A DNA stretch of 64,000 nt from Bacteroidia bacterium (GCA_021287165.1 JAJTAY010000037.1:38211-102210), one strand, 5' to 3'; counted from the first letter of the stretch, positions 8,566-17,260 are shown. Notes: generated from the sequence alone by a model not told the origin. Made by a program: numbers and translations.

Positions 8566-9462
8566 TTATGGTTTGAGGTTCTGGTTAATTAGGTTCATTT
8601 GTTGAAGAAGTTTTTCGCTCAGGGCTTCGGTCACTTTTACCAACGGCAAACGCAATACGTTTTCGCAGATTTGCATGTGATTGAGCAGGGCCTTGATGCC
8701 GCCCGGGTTTCCTTCGGCAAAAAGCAGGTTGATGGTTTCGAGCAATAAATAATGAAGCTTTTGCGCCTCCTGCGTACGGTTGGCCAACTGATGACGCACC
8801 ATATCGCTGAAAGGCCGCGCCCAGGCATTGGCAACAACGGAAACTACGCCCTCGCCACCCATGGCGATAATGGGCTGTGTAAGGGCATCGTCGCCCGAAA
8901 GCAAAGCGAAGCCCTCTGGTTTACCGGCAATAATTTCCATCATCTGGAGCAGGTCGCCCGAAGCCTCTTTCACCGCTACAATATTGCTAAAGGTATGCGC
9001 CAGTTTCAGGGTTGTCTGGGCTCTCATATTCGATGCAGTCCGGCCTGGCACATTGTACAAAATGACGGGTAGATCGGTAGCCTGAGCCACAGCAGAAAAA
9101 TGCGCAAACATACCGTCCTGCGTTGGTTTGTTGTAGTATGGAACCACCGAAAGTACGCCGTCCACGCCTTTGGGAAGACCTTTGCCGAGCTTTTGCACCG
9201 CTTCTGCAGTATTGTTTCCCCCAACTCCTGCCACTGTGTGCACTCTGCCACCATTTTGCTCAAGAATTGTCTCGAGCACCAGCATTCTTTCATCTTCGCT
9301 TAGTGTGGCCGCCTCACTTGTGGTGCCGAGCGCAACAAGGTATTCCACTCCGCCTGTAACGACATGATCTACAAGCTTTCTAAGGGCCGGAATATCGACA
9401 TTGCCATCGGGCCGGAACGGTGTAATAAGCGCTACACCGGTTCCTGAAAATTTATGCTTCAT
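8566..9462 (-). CDS. dapA: 4-hydroxy-tetrahydrodipicolinate synthase
   Basis: 298 aa. DapA signatures GTTSEAATLS, VVPYYNKPTQ, ILYNVPGRT, AVKEASGD. Confidence 0.95.
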   Translation of the reverse strand: MKHKFSGTGVALITPFRPDGNVDIPALRKLVDHVVTGGVEYLVALGTTSEAATLSEDERMLVLETILEQNGGRVHTVAGVGGNNTAEAVQKLGKGLPKGVDGVLSVVPYYNKPTQDGMFAHFSAVAQATDLPVILYNVPGRTASNMRAQTTLKLAHTFSNIVAVKEASGDLLQMMEIIAGKPEGFALLSGDDALTQPIIAMGGEGVVSVVANAWARPFSDMVRHQLANRTQEAQKLHYLLLETINLLFAEGNPGGIKALLNHMQICENVLRLPLVKVTEALSEKLLQQMNLINQNLKP

Positions 9463-9493
9463 ATTTTAATCTTCTGGTGGATTTGGATTCCGT

Positions 9494-10024
9494 TTATTTT
9501 TTTCCGGTGAGCGATTTCATATATGCATTCACCGTTTCGATAAACTCTTCGGGGGTTTGATCTTTTTCAGGGGTAATGAGCGGGTTGTATAGCGGCAGCT
9601 CGAAAGGATTATGCATTCCGCATTTCAATCCGGCATGAATATTGGCGGCTATCAGGTGAAGCAAATCAGCCGAGCCATTGTCGGTATTAATAAGAACCGA
9701 TGTGCCCAGATCTTTAATCAGTTCATGAAGGGAATTGCTCAGTCCGCCAAAAAATGTAAGGTTGTTTGTTCCCGTTTCAATCAGGGTTCGGTGCCCATCG
9801 CGCAGAACAGTGAGTTTTTTCTCCTTGTTCAGATTAATCAGCAAGATATCAGTGGCCTGAGGGAATCGGCCTTGCAGCCGGTTGAGCAGTATAACCGCTT
9901 CATTGCCTTGCACTTGTGTTAGGATAATGAGACTATCGGCCTCATCGAGTGTTTGGAGCACGGGTGTTTTTTCGCCCTGGATATGGCGTTGGATGCGCCT
10001 TCGAAGAAAATACCTCAGAGCCAT
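9494..10024 (-). CDS. Hypothetical protein, first gene of the dapA operon
   Basis: The ORF-track start at 10033 is TTG. The ATG three codons later is at 10024 (MALRYFLRRRIQ...). No motif I can name. It lies 31 nt upstream of dapA on the same strand. Confidence 0.5.
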   Translation of the reverse strand: MALRYFLRRRIQRHIQGEKTPVLQTLDEADSLIILTQVQGNEAVILLNRLQGRFPQATDILLINLNKEKKLTVLRDGHRTLIETGTNNLTFFGGLSNSLHELIKDLGTSVLINTDNGSADLLHLIAANIHAGLKCGMHNPFELPLYNPLITPEKDQTPEEFIETVNAYMKSLTGKK

Positions 10025-10149
10025 AGTTGACAAAGTTGGGCAGTAAAATTACTGCTTTTAAATTTTGTGTTTTGTTAATATTGAAGAGGTTTTTTAACTT
10101 CAGGAGAAGATAGCCTGTAATCCATGCCCGACTCAGCTGAGGGATGTTT

Positions 10150-10157
10150 TACTTTTG
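10150..10157 (+). promoter_or_regulatory. -7 element TACTTTTG upstream of the MBL-fold hydrolase gene
   Basis: Exact TAnnTTTG match, 17 nt before the TTG start at 10175. Confidence 0.4.
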
Positions 10158-10174
10158 TCTGAAATTGTTAGCGT

Positions 10175-10936
10175 TTGAAGATAACTATTCTCGGCAGCGG
10201 AACCTCGCAGGGCGTTCCTGTAATTGGTTGCCAATGTGCGGTTTGCACCTCTGATAATCCACGCGACCAGCGGCTCCGATCGAGCATATTGGTTGAGCAC
10301 GGCAATACAGCCATTGTTGTGGATGCGGGCCCCGACTTCCGCCAGCAGATGCTTCGGGCCGGGTTGCGTAGGCTCGATGCTATTTTGATTTCGCATACCC
10401 ACAAGGATCATATTGCGGGCCTCGATGATGTGCGCTCGTTCAACTACCTGATGCGTCAACCCATGAAGGTTTTTGCAAGTGCTAATGACCAAAAAGACAT
10501 CCGAAAGGAGTTTTCTTACGCATTCTCCGACAATCCTTATCCGGGCGTGCCAGAGTTTGACCTGCAATTGCTTAAGGATGAGCCTTTCCGGATTGGGGAT
10601 ATTGAAGTTCAACCTTTTTTGGTCATGCACCACAGATTGCCCGTTTTTGCATTTCGTTTTAGCGATCTGGCCTATATCACCGATGTAAGCTACATACCGC
10701 CTGCTGCGTATAAGCATCTAAAAGGACTTAAGGTGCTCATCATCGATGCGTTGCGGAAAGAAAAACACATTTCACATTTTTCGCTCTCCGAAGCCATTGA
10801 AACAGCGAGAAAAATTGGCGCTGGTCAAACGTGGTTTACTCATGTCAGCCATTTGATGGGCAAAAGTGCTGAGGTTGAGCTGCTATTGCCTTCGGGAATG
10901 AAAATGGCATACGATGGTCTGGTGATTGAATTATAA
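10175..10936 (+). CDS. MBL-fold metallo-hydrolase (PhnP-like)
   Basis: 253 aa. HxHxDH motif ISHTHKDHIAGLDD. N-terminal MKITILGSGTSQGVP plus GCQCAVC. The TTG start is forced because an in-frame TAG lies two codons upstream. Confidence 0.8.
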   Translation: MKITILGSGTSQGVPVIGCQCAVCTSDNPRDQRLRSSILVEHGNTAIVVDAGPDFRQQMLRAGLRRLDAILISHTHKDHIAGLDDVRSFNYLMRQPMKVFASANDQKDIRKEFSYAFSDNPYPGVPEFDLQLLKDEPFRIGDIEVQPFLVMHHRLPVFAFRFSDLAYITDVSYIPPAAYKHLKGLKVLIIDALRKEKHISHFSLSEAIETARKIGAGQTWFTHVSHLMGKSAEVELLLPSGMKMAYDGLVIEL

Positions 10937-10958
10937 AAAAAGCCGCCCGAAGGCGGCT
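10934..10958 (-). terminator. Terminator after hsp20 (between convergent genes)
   Basis: Stem agccgcc / ggcggct with loop cgaa. The minus strand reads the hairpin followed by ttttttt. Confidence 0.7.
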
Positions 10959-10978
10959 AGATCATTTACCTATTGCGA

Positions 10979-11416
10979 TTAGTGAATTTCAATTTGTTTG
11001 GCAGGTTTTGGCTTTGCTTCTTCCCGTTTAGGAATAACCACCTTTAGAATTCCGTCGATATATGTGGCTTTGATTTTGTCGCTGTCGGCCGAATTCGGCA
11101 GTGTGAAAGATCGGCTGAACGACTGATAGCTGAATTCGCGACGGGTAAACCTTTCTCCTTCTTTCTCCTCTTTCTCATCCCTTTTTTCGCTCGAGATGGT
11201 GAGCACATCGCGGTCGAGCTGAACCTTGAAATCGGATTTCTTCAAGCCGGGGGCCGCTACTTCCACTTCAAAGTGATCATCTGTTTCCAGAATATTCACC
11301 GAAGGCATGGTAGTGTTGGTGGCCGAGAAATGACGATTCGCCCAGTCGAACAGCTCAGTGTCGAAAAACCGGTCGAACAACGATGGCAGTTGCGGATTAA
11401 ATCTTACCAGTGTCAT
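10979..11416 (-). CDS. Hsp20/alpha-crystallin small heat-shock protein
   Basis: 145 aa. Alpha-crystallin domain (FEVEVAAPGLKKSDFKVQLDRDVLTISSEK ... SFTLP ... ATYIDGILKVVIPK). Confidence 0.9.
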   Translation of the reverse strand: MTLVRFNPQLPSLFDRFFDTELFDWANRHFSATNTTMPSVNILETDDHFEVEVAAPGLKKSDFKVQLDRDVLTISSEKRDEKEEKEGERFTRREFSYQSFSRSFTLPNSADSDKIKATYIDGILKVVIPKREEAKPKPAKQIEIH

Positions 11417-11424
11417 GGCTCAAT

Positions 11425-11430
11425 CCTCCT
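11425..11430 (-). promoter_or_regulatory. Canonical Shine-Dalgarno AGGAGG in front of hsp20
   Basis: The minus strand reads aaagaaAGGAGGattgagccATG. The hexamer is perfect, with an 8-nt spacer. Confidence 0.6.
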
Positions 11431-11672
11431 TTCTTTGTTAATTGTTTCATTTTCGTCTGCCTTTTGACAAATTTTATACCATTGCAAAAGGTTGAGAGGG
11501 TACTTTTGCGATCTTTTTTAATTGACTCTAAATCAGGATTTTTTGCTGAACTTAGTTTTGGATAATTTTTGATTCTGTCAACATGCTATGTCAAAATATC
11601 AGATATTATAAATTTCAACTGATAAAATGTCACTTAAATTGCTTTTTTACTTAGGCTTTTTTCTTTTGTAAA

Positions 11673-12476
11673 ATGCACAAACTATATCCAAAACGCATAA
11701 TTTGCCTTACGGAGGAGTACACGGAAATCCTGTGTTTATTGGGCGAAGAACAACGCATTGCAGGCATTTCGGCCTACACTGTCCGCCCCGAGGGCATCAG
11801 GAGTCGAAAACCTGTGGTATGCGATTTCACTGGGGTGAATATGGATCTGATCAAAAACATCAAGCCTGATCTGATTCTTGGCTTTTCGGATGTTCAGCAC
11901 GAGGTTGCGCGGCAGCTGATCAAAGAGGGATTCAATGTTTTTATTTCCAATCAGCGATCGGTTGAGGAAGTGCTGATGCTTATTCGTCAGACTGGTGCCC
12001 TGGTAGGAAGGCAGGTTGCAGCAGAGGATTTTGCCGTCGAACTGCAGGATCGGCTCAACAAAATCAACCAATCGGGCATGAGTTTGATTAAAAGGCCCAG
12101 GGTTTATTTCGAAGAATGGTATGGTCCGCTCATTAGCGGCATTCGATGGGTTTCGGAGCTGATTGACATAGCCGGAGGGGACGATTGTTTTTCCGAACTG
12201 TCGCTTTCGCCTTCGGCCAAAGGCAGAATGGTGCAGCCCGAGGCGGTGGTAGAAGCTGCGCCTGATATCATTTTAGTTTCCTGGTGCGGTAAGCGTTTCA
12301 TACCGTCGAAGATTTATTCCCGTCCGGGCTGGGAGTCAATTCCTGCCATTGCAAACCGTCAGGTTTTTGAAATAGATCCGGCAATCATCCTTCAGCCGGG
12401 GCCTGCCGCGCTTACCGACGGGCTTGATACAATTACTCGCATAATCAAAACTTGGGTGCAGCTTCAGCCGGGGTAG
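11673..12476 (+). CDS. BtuF-like cobalamin/siderophore-type binding protein (class III PBP fold), no signal peptide seen
   Basis: 267 aa. Pattern RIICLTEEYTEILCLLG, IKPDLILGFS, PDIILVSWCG typical of helical-backbone binding proteins. The N-terminus MHKLYPKRIICL has no hydrophobic leader. Confidence 0.6.
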   Translation: MHKLYPKRIICLTEEYTEILCLLGEEQRIAGISAYTVRPEGIRSRKPVVCDFTGVNMDLIKNIKPDLILGFSDVQHEVARQLIKEGFNVFISNQRSVEEVLMLIRQTGALVGRQVAAEDFAVELQDRLNKINQSGMSLIKRPRVYFEEWYGPLISGIRWVSELIDIAGGDDCFSELSLSPSAKGRMVQPEAVVEAAPDIILVSWCGKRFIPSKIYSRPGWESIPAIANRQVFEIDPAIILQPGPAALTDGLDTITRIIKTWVQLQPG

Positions 12477-12477
12477 T

Positions 12478-12888
12478 TTAGCTGATGATTGTCGCCACTA
12501 TTTGCCGCGAACCCGCATGGTTGCGAAATTCGCAGAGATAAACGCCTTGCCATATGCCGAGCGCAAGTTTGCCTCCAACGACAGGAATGCTAAGGCTGTG
12601 GCCGATGATGGCTGTCTTGATGTGTGCAGGCATATCGTCGTCACCCTCTAAGGTATGCGTATAAAGAGGGTCGCGCTCAACAACCAGACGTTCGAACCAC
12701 CTTTCCAGGTCAAAACGAACACCAGGGTCGGCGTTCTCGTTGATGGTCAGGGCTGCCGAAGTGTGTTGCAGAAACAAATGGAGTAATCCGGCCTCGGGCA
12801 ATGGCCCAAGTTGTCGGACGATGAGGTCGGTGATCAAATGAAAACCGCGCCTGTACGCTGGTAATCTGATGTAGATCTGTCTGGTCAT
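12478..12888 (-). CDS. yjbQ: YjbQ/UPF0047 family protein (secondary thiamine-phosphate synthase)
   Basis: 136 aa. Motifs FLQHTSAALTINENADPGVRFD and THTLEGDDDMPAHIK. Confidence 0.85.
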   Translation of the reverse strand: MTRQIYIRLPAYRRGFHLITDLIVRQLGPLPEAGLLHLFLQHTSAALTINENADPGVRFDLERWFERLVVERDPLYTHTLEGDDDMPAHIKTAIIGHSLSIPVVGGKLALGIWQGVYLCEFRNHAGSRQIVATIIS

Positions 12889-12890
12889 CG

Positions 12891-12923
12891 ATAAAAAAAC
12901 TCCGGATGCCGAGGCATCCGGAG
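12891..12923 (-). terminator. Terminator after gltA, immediately upstream of yjbQ
   Basis: Stem ctccggatgc / gcatccggag. The minus strand reads the hairpin followed by ttttttt. Confidence 0.75.
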
Positions 12924-12946
12924 CACAAAAATAGCACGAGATTTTT

Positions 12947-14284
12947 TTATTCGTCCTGCAGGTCGTTGGTCAGGTTTTTCTCCCTGATGCCTGCCATTTC
13001 TTCGAGCATTTCGGTGGTGAGCGACTTAGGCCTTTCGAGCGGGTACATCAGTGCGCGGTCCCAGATTAGGTTGGCAACAATACCTATGGCACGGCCAATA
13101 CCGAATAAAACCGTGTAAAAGTCATACTCAGTAACGCCGTAGTGCCACTGAATTACGCCCGACTGGGCATCTACGTTGGGCCAGGGATTTTTGGCCTTGC
13201 CGTGCTGCTGGAGAATTGGCGGGACTACCTTATATAATATGTCGACATATTTAAATATGGGATCGTCCTGCAGGTGCTTGAGGCTAAAATCGCGCTGAAT
13301 CATATAGCGCGGGTCGGTCTTGCGCAATACGGCATGGCCAAATCCGGGGATTACCTGGCCGCTGTGAAGCGTGTCCCAGACAAACTGACGCATTTCGTCT
13401 TCGGTGGGTACTTCACCGCCCATTTTATCCATGAGGTCCTGCAGCCAGCGAAGCACTTCCTGATTGGCCAATCCGTGCAGTGGGCCGGCCAATCCGTTGA
13501 TCATAGCTGAAGTGGAAAGGTAAACGTCAGATAATGAGCTTCCTACAAGATGTGCGGTGTGTGCGCTTACGTTGCCGCTCTCGTGGTCGGCATGAATAAT
13601 GAAGTGCATACGCGACACGTCGTCGTAAGGTCTTACTTTGCCCATCATATGGGCAAAATTGGCGCCGAAGTCAAGATTGGGGTTGCCTACGATGCGTTTT
13701 CCGTCGCGGTAGAGCTTTGCATAAATATAGGTGCCTATTTCGGGCAGTTTTGCCAGCATATTTAGGGCATCCTCATACATTGGGTCCCAGTAATCCGTTT
13801 TCGAGATGCCGGCTTTGTATTTCTTGGCAAAGAACGATTCGCGGGCCATAGCCAGAATGGCTGATGAAAACATGGCCATGGGATGGCTGCAGCAGGGCCA
13901 TGCATCGATTACCTCATAAACATACCGGGGAAGAATACGGCGTTTCGAAAACTCATCCACCAGATCGTGTGCCTCGCTCTCGGTTGGAATCTCGCCTGTA
14001 AGCAGCAGGTAAAGAAGCCCTTCCACATAGGGCATTTCAGCATTCTTTGGCTTGGGGAGCAGCTTGAAAACTTCTTCCAGGGTATAGCCACGATAGCGAA
14101 TACCTTCGTTAGGGTCGAGATAGGATATGTCGGTTACGAGGCATTTTATGCCGCGCATCCCGCCAATGATCTGACCTATAGTCACTTTGTCCACTTCCAC
14201 CTTGCCAAATTCATCCTGGAGCCTTTTGGTGCGCGGACGCCATTCTTCGATTTTCTGCCTGAGAACGTTCTTTAAGTTCGACAT
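12947..14284 (-). CDS. gltA: Citrate synthase
   Basis: 445 aa. Signatures HADHESGNVSAHT and GFGHAVLRKTDPR. Confidence 0.95.
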   Translation of the reverse strand: MSNLKNVLRQKIEEWRPRTKRLQDEFGKVEVDKVTIGQIIGGMRGIKCLVTDISYLDPNEGIRYRGYTLEEVFKLLPKPKNAEMPYVEGLLYLLLTGEIPTESEAHDLVDEFSKRRILPRYVYEVIDAWPCCSHPMAMFSSAILAMARESFFAKKYKAGISKTDYWDPMYEDALNMLAKLPEIGTYIYAKLYRDGKRIVGNPNLDFGANFAHMMGKVRPYDDVSRMHFIIHADHESGNVSAHTAHLVGSSLSDVYLSTSAMINGLAGPLHGLANQEVLRWLQDLMDKMGGEVPTEDEMRQFVWDTLHSGQVIPGFGHAVLRKTDPRYMIQRDFSLKHLQDDPIFKYVDILYKVVPPILQQHGKAKNPWPNVDAQSGVIQWHYGVTEYDFYTVLFGIGRAIGIVANLIWDRALMYPLERPKSLTTEMLEEMAGIREKNLTNDLQDE

Positions 14285-14614
14285 TGATTATGCTGTTAGT
14301 TTTATTTGTTTGTCGGGTGTACTCACCAAATTTCAATAACAAACGATTGCGATGTCAGTTTCAAAAAAAAATTGCTGGTCTGGAAGGCGTAAAAATCCTG
14401 TTTTTTTGTCTTTTAAGATGGGAGCAGACGTTTTTTGTCGGATTCATGCCTGGTTCAGCTATGTTTAAATTACTGATTATTAGAGAATTTTGTTTTTTCT
14501 CCGGAATTTCAAGCTATCTGAGTTCGCCCTAACTGTAATCCCGGGGATTCGGTCGATAAAGGTAGATATTTAGGTTTTATTAGCAAAAGGAAAATATGCA
14601 CGCATGCTTATTTT

Positions 14615-14622
14615 TACATTTG
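14615..14622 (+). promoter_or_regulatory. -7 element TACATTTG upstream of pspC
   Basis: Exact TAnnTTTG match, 75 nt before the ATG at 14698. Confidence 0.4.
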
Positions 14623-14697
14623 TTCAAATAAGACCTGCTAAAACATTGCAACCTTAGCCAAACTGAGGTGTCATTCGGGGTGTAAACATTTTGTAAC

Positions 14698-15159
14698 ATG
14701 AATCAACAGAGAACTTTCTATCGCAGCCGCGTCAACCGCATCATCGGTGGTGTTTGCGGGGGCTTATCGGAGCGGCTCAATTTCGACGTGAGCATCATCC
14801 GCCTCATATTTGTGCTTCTGGCGCTCTTTGGGGGCGGCGGTCTGCTGATCTATATCGTGCTTTGGATAGTTGTACCCGAACGGACCTGGGAATTTCACGG
14901 ACAAGGAACACAGCCCGGACAGGACACTGGCAGCTATCAGGGCGCGAATCCCTACAATCAGGAAAATCAGCCTGCATTTGAATCGGGCAATTCTCCTGGC
15001 CGCTTGAATGTTATCCTTGGTGCTGGCCTCATAGTTGCCGGCATTCTGTTTCTCATGGCCAATTTTGTGACATGGCTTAATATTCGCGATCTTTGGCCTG
15101 CTGTGCTGATTGTTGCCGGACTGGCACTTTTGTTTTCGCAAGCTAAATCAACAAAATAG
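14698..15159 (+). CDS. PspC domain-containing membrane protein
   Basis: 153 aa. PspC N-terminal motif FYRSRVNRIIGGVCGGLSERLNFDVSIIRLIFVLLALFGGGGLLIYIVLWIVVPE. Confidence 0.8.
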   Translation: MNQQRTFYRSRVNRIIGGVCGGLSERLNFDVSIIRLIFVLLALFGGGGLLIYIVLWIVVPERTWEFHGQGTQPGQDTGSYQGANPYNQENQPAFESGNSPGRLNVILGAGLIVAGILFLMANFVTWLNIRDLWPAVLIVAGLALLFSQAKSTK

Positions 15160-15164
15160 CGGTT

Positions 15165-16088
15165 ATGAAACATCATAATATCTTTTGGGGCGGTGTACTG
15201 GTAGTTATCGGTATTCTGCTGTTGCTCAGCCGTCTGGATGTATTCAGCATCGACTGGTGGGCCATTGGCAGGCTTTGGCCATTCCTTCTGGTTTTTTGGG
15301 GAGTGAGCATACTTCCTGTTAATGGGATGTACAAGGTGGCCGCAACCCTTGTGCTTGCAGGAGCTTTTGTACTGGTTTATCTCAATATGCCTGAGCGTGA
15401 GCGAAAGACCAAAGATTTCAACATTTCATACGAATGGGATGAGGACGATACTACGGGAACTTCCACCGGCCAACTTTTTACCGAACCCTGGGAAGACGGA
15501 GTTGATGAGTCTTCGCTGCGCCTTAATGCCGCCGCCGGAGCTTTCAGGCTGGGTGGCACTACAGGCGAACTAATTGTTGGCAAGGAGGAAGGAAACCATG
15601 CAAGGTATAACTACAAGGTAGAGCGAACAGGCAATAAGGCCAACATTACGATACGTGAGGAAGGAGGACGCAGGCAGCCACGCAACCGCAGCTCCGACTT
15701 TAGCATTATGCTCAATCCTCAGCCCATGTGGAAGTTCAGATTTGATATTGGAGCTGCTGATTTCGATTTCGACCTCAAAGAGTTTCGTGTTTCGAATGTT
15801 GATATTGATGCAGGAGCCTCCTCAATCAAACTGAAAATAGGCGACAAACAGCCGGAAACCAGAATAGGAATCAATGCCGGAGCATCTTCCATTTACATTG
15901 AGATTCCTGAGAATGCGGGCTGCGTGCTCACCGGATCTACTGTGCTTTCAAGCCGCGACCTCAACGGCTTTGACAAAATTTCCAAAGGAAAGTATCAGAC
16001 GCCGGGCTTTGATGAAGCCGAACAAAAGATTTATGTAAAGGTGGACGCCGCCGTTTCAAGCTTCGAAATACGACGCGTTGCAAACTAA
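15165..16088 (+). CDS. LiaF-like (LiaI-LiaF TM region plus toast-rack/DUF2154-like) envelope-stress protein
   Basis: 307 aa. N-terminal TM hairpins (FWGGVLVVIGILLLLSRLD, LWPFLLVFWGVSILP). The C-terminal half is repetitive beta-rich (IDAGASSIKLKIG, INAGASSIYIEIP). Lies 5 nt after pspC. Confidence 0.6.
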   Translation: MKHHNIFWGGVLVVIGILLLLSRLDVFSIDWWAIGRLWPFLLVFWGVSILPVNGMYKVAATLVLAGAFVLVYLNMPERERKTKDFNISYEWDEDDTTGTSTGQLFTEPWEDGVDESSLRLNAAAGAFRLGGTTGELIVGKEEGNHARYNYKVERTGNKANITIREEGGRRQPRNRSSDFSIMLNPQPMWKFRFDIGAADFDFDLKEFRVSNVDIDAGASSIKLKIGDKQPETRIGINAGASSIYIEIPENAGCVLTGSTVLSSRDLNGFDKISKGKYQTPGFDEAEQKIYVKVDAAVSSFEIRRVAN

Positions 16089-16179
16089 ATAGCTCTTCAG
16101 ACAACCGGCAGATGCCATACTGTACTGACTTCTTGGCAATCAGTGCGGTATGGCATATTTTTTGCGCTACTCAGGCGCT

Positions 16180-17091
16180 ATGGAATACAAGGATTATTAT
16201 AAAATATTAGGTGTTGACAAATCGGCCGGCACGGACGAAATAAAGAAGCAATACCGGAAGCTGGCCAAGCAGTATCATCCCGATAAAAATCCGGGAGATA
16301 AGGCCGCTGAGGAGCGTTTCAAAAGCATTTCGGAGGCCTATGAAGTGCTTTCGGATGCTGAAAAGCGCAAGAAATACGACGAACTTGGCGCCAACTGGAA
16401 GCAATATGAACATGCTTTTTCGGGAGCAGGACCGTCGTACCGCAAAGGTCAGGGCCAGAGCGAATTTGGTGGCGATTTTGGCTCGTTCTTTGGTGGCAGT
16501 TCGGGCTTCAGCGATTTTTTTGAAGCATTCTTCGGAAGCGGATTTCAGGGATTTGGCAGCCAAACGCCAAAACAGCGCAAGGGCAGCAACCTGTCGGCTG
16601 CAATGGAGATAAGCCTCGGGGAAGCATGGAGTGGTACTACCAGACTTATCAGGGTGGGCGAACAGACCCTGAAAGTGCCGGTAAAACCCGGCGTAAAAGA
16701 CGGACAGGTTTTAAGGCTGAAGGGAAAAGGCTATCCGGGACAAAACGGAGGAGAGTCCGGCGATCTGCTCATCACGGTCAACATATTGCCCGACAGCACT
16801 TTTGAACGCAGGGATGATGACCTGATGGCCGAACTTGCAGTGGATTTCTATACCGCTGCGCTGGGTGGAAAAGTGAGTTTCCAGACCTTGAAAGGTCCGG
16901 TGAATGTTCCTGTGCCAGCCGGCACACAAAGCGGGGCGATACTAAGGCTCAAAGGCCTGGGCATGCCCAAAGCCGGAAGCGCAGGAAACTACGGCAACCT
17001 GCTGCTGAAGGTAAAAATCGTTTTGCCAGAATTCATGAGTCACGAAGAAAAGCAATTGCTGGCTCAGGCGCGCAGCAAAAGGACTGTATGA
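16180..17091 (+). CDS. DnaJ-class co-chaperone without zinc finger (CbpA-like)
   Basis: J domain DYYKILGV...[10 protein letters not shown], a G/F-rich linker and two C-terminal substrate-binding domains. No CxxCxGxG repeats. I prefer the ATG at 16180 ([12 protein letters not shown]) over the track start at 16150. Confidence 0.85.
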   Translation: MEYKDYYKILGVDKSAGTDEIKKQYRKLAKQYHPDKNPGDKAAEERFKSISEAYEVLSDAEKRKKYDELGANWKQYEHAFSGAGPSYRKGQGQSEFGGDFGSFFGGSSGFSDFFEAFFGSGFQGFGSQTPKQRKGSNLSAAMEISLGEAWSGTTRLIRVGEQTLKVPVKPGVKDGQVLRLKGKGYPGQNGGESGDLLITVNILPDSTFERRDDDLMAELAVDFYTAALGGKVSFQTLKGPVNVPVPAGTQSGAILRLKGLGMPKAGSAGNYGNLLLKVKIVLPEFMSHEEKQLLAQARSKRTV

Positions 17092-17183
17092 TACCGATGG
17101 CTTAGCCGGGCTGTCCAGTGAATGATTTCCATTTGGCCGCCTAAACATTCTTTTTCGTTTCTTTGCAGGTCATTATGAGCAGT

Positions 17184-17213
17184 GGGGAGGAATAAAATGT
17201 CCTCCCCGTTTGT
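17184..17213 (+). terminator. Possible terminator after the dnaJ-like gene
   Basis: Stem ggggagga / tcctcccc with an AT loop, followed by gtttgtt (weak T tract). Confidence 0.4.
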
Positions 17214-17260
17214 TCTTAACGGCATAAACATCTTACTCAACCTGCAATTTTTTCAACGTC

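Noticed and set aside
11417-11672. Cobalamin riboswitch upstream of the BtuF-like gene
   Set aside because: I found no B12-box-like core (GCCACTG-type) or conserved helices in the 256-nt region.
14284-14532. 82-aa ORF in the gltA-pspC spacer
   Set aside because: Its start overlaps the gltA start on the opposite strand. The sequence is AT-rich and low-complexity, with no promoter box or motif. It is most likely non-coding.
14285-14697. Possible replication origin (oriC) at the strand-switch spacer
   Set aside because: No DnaA-box-like nonamers are visible, and there is no dnaA or dnaN nearby. I kept it only as a low-interest finding.
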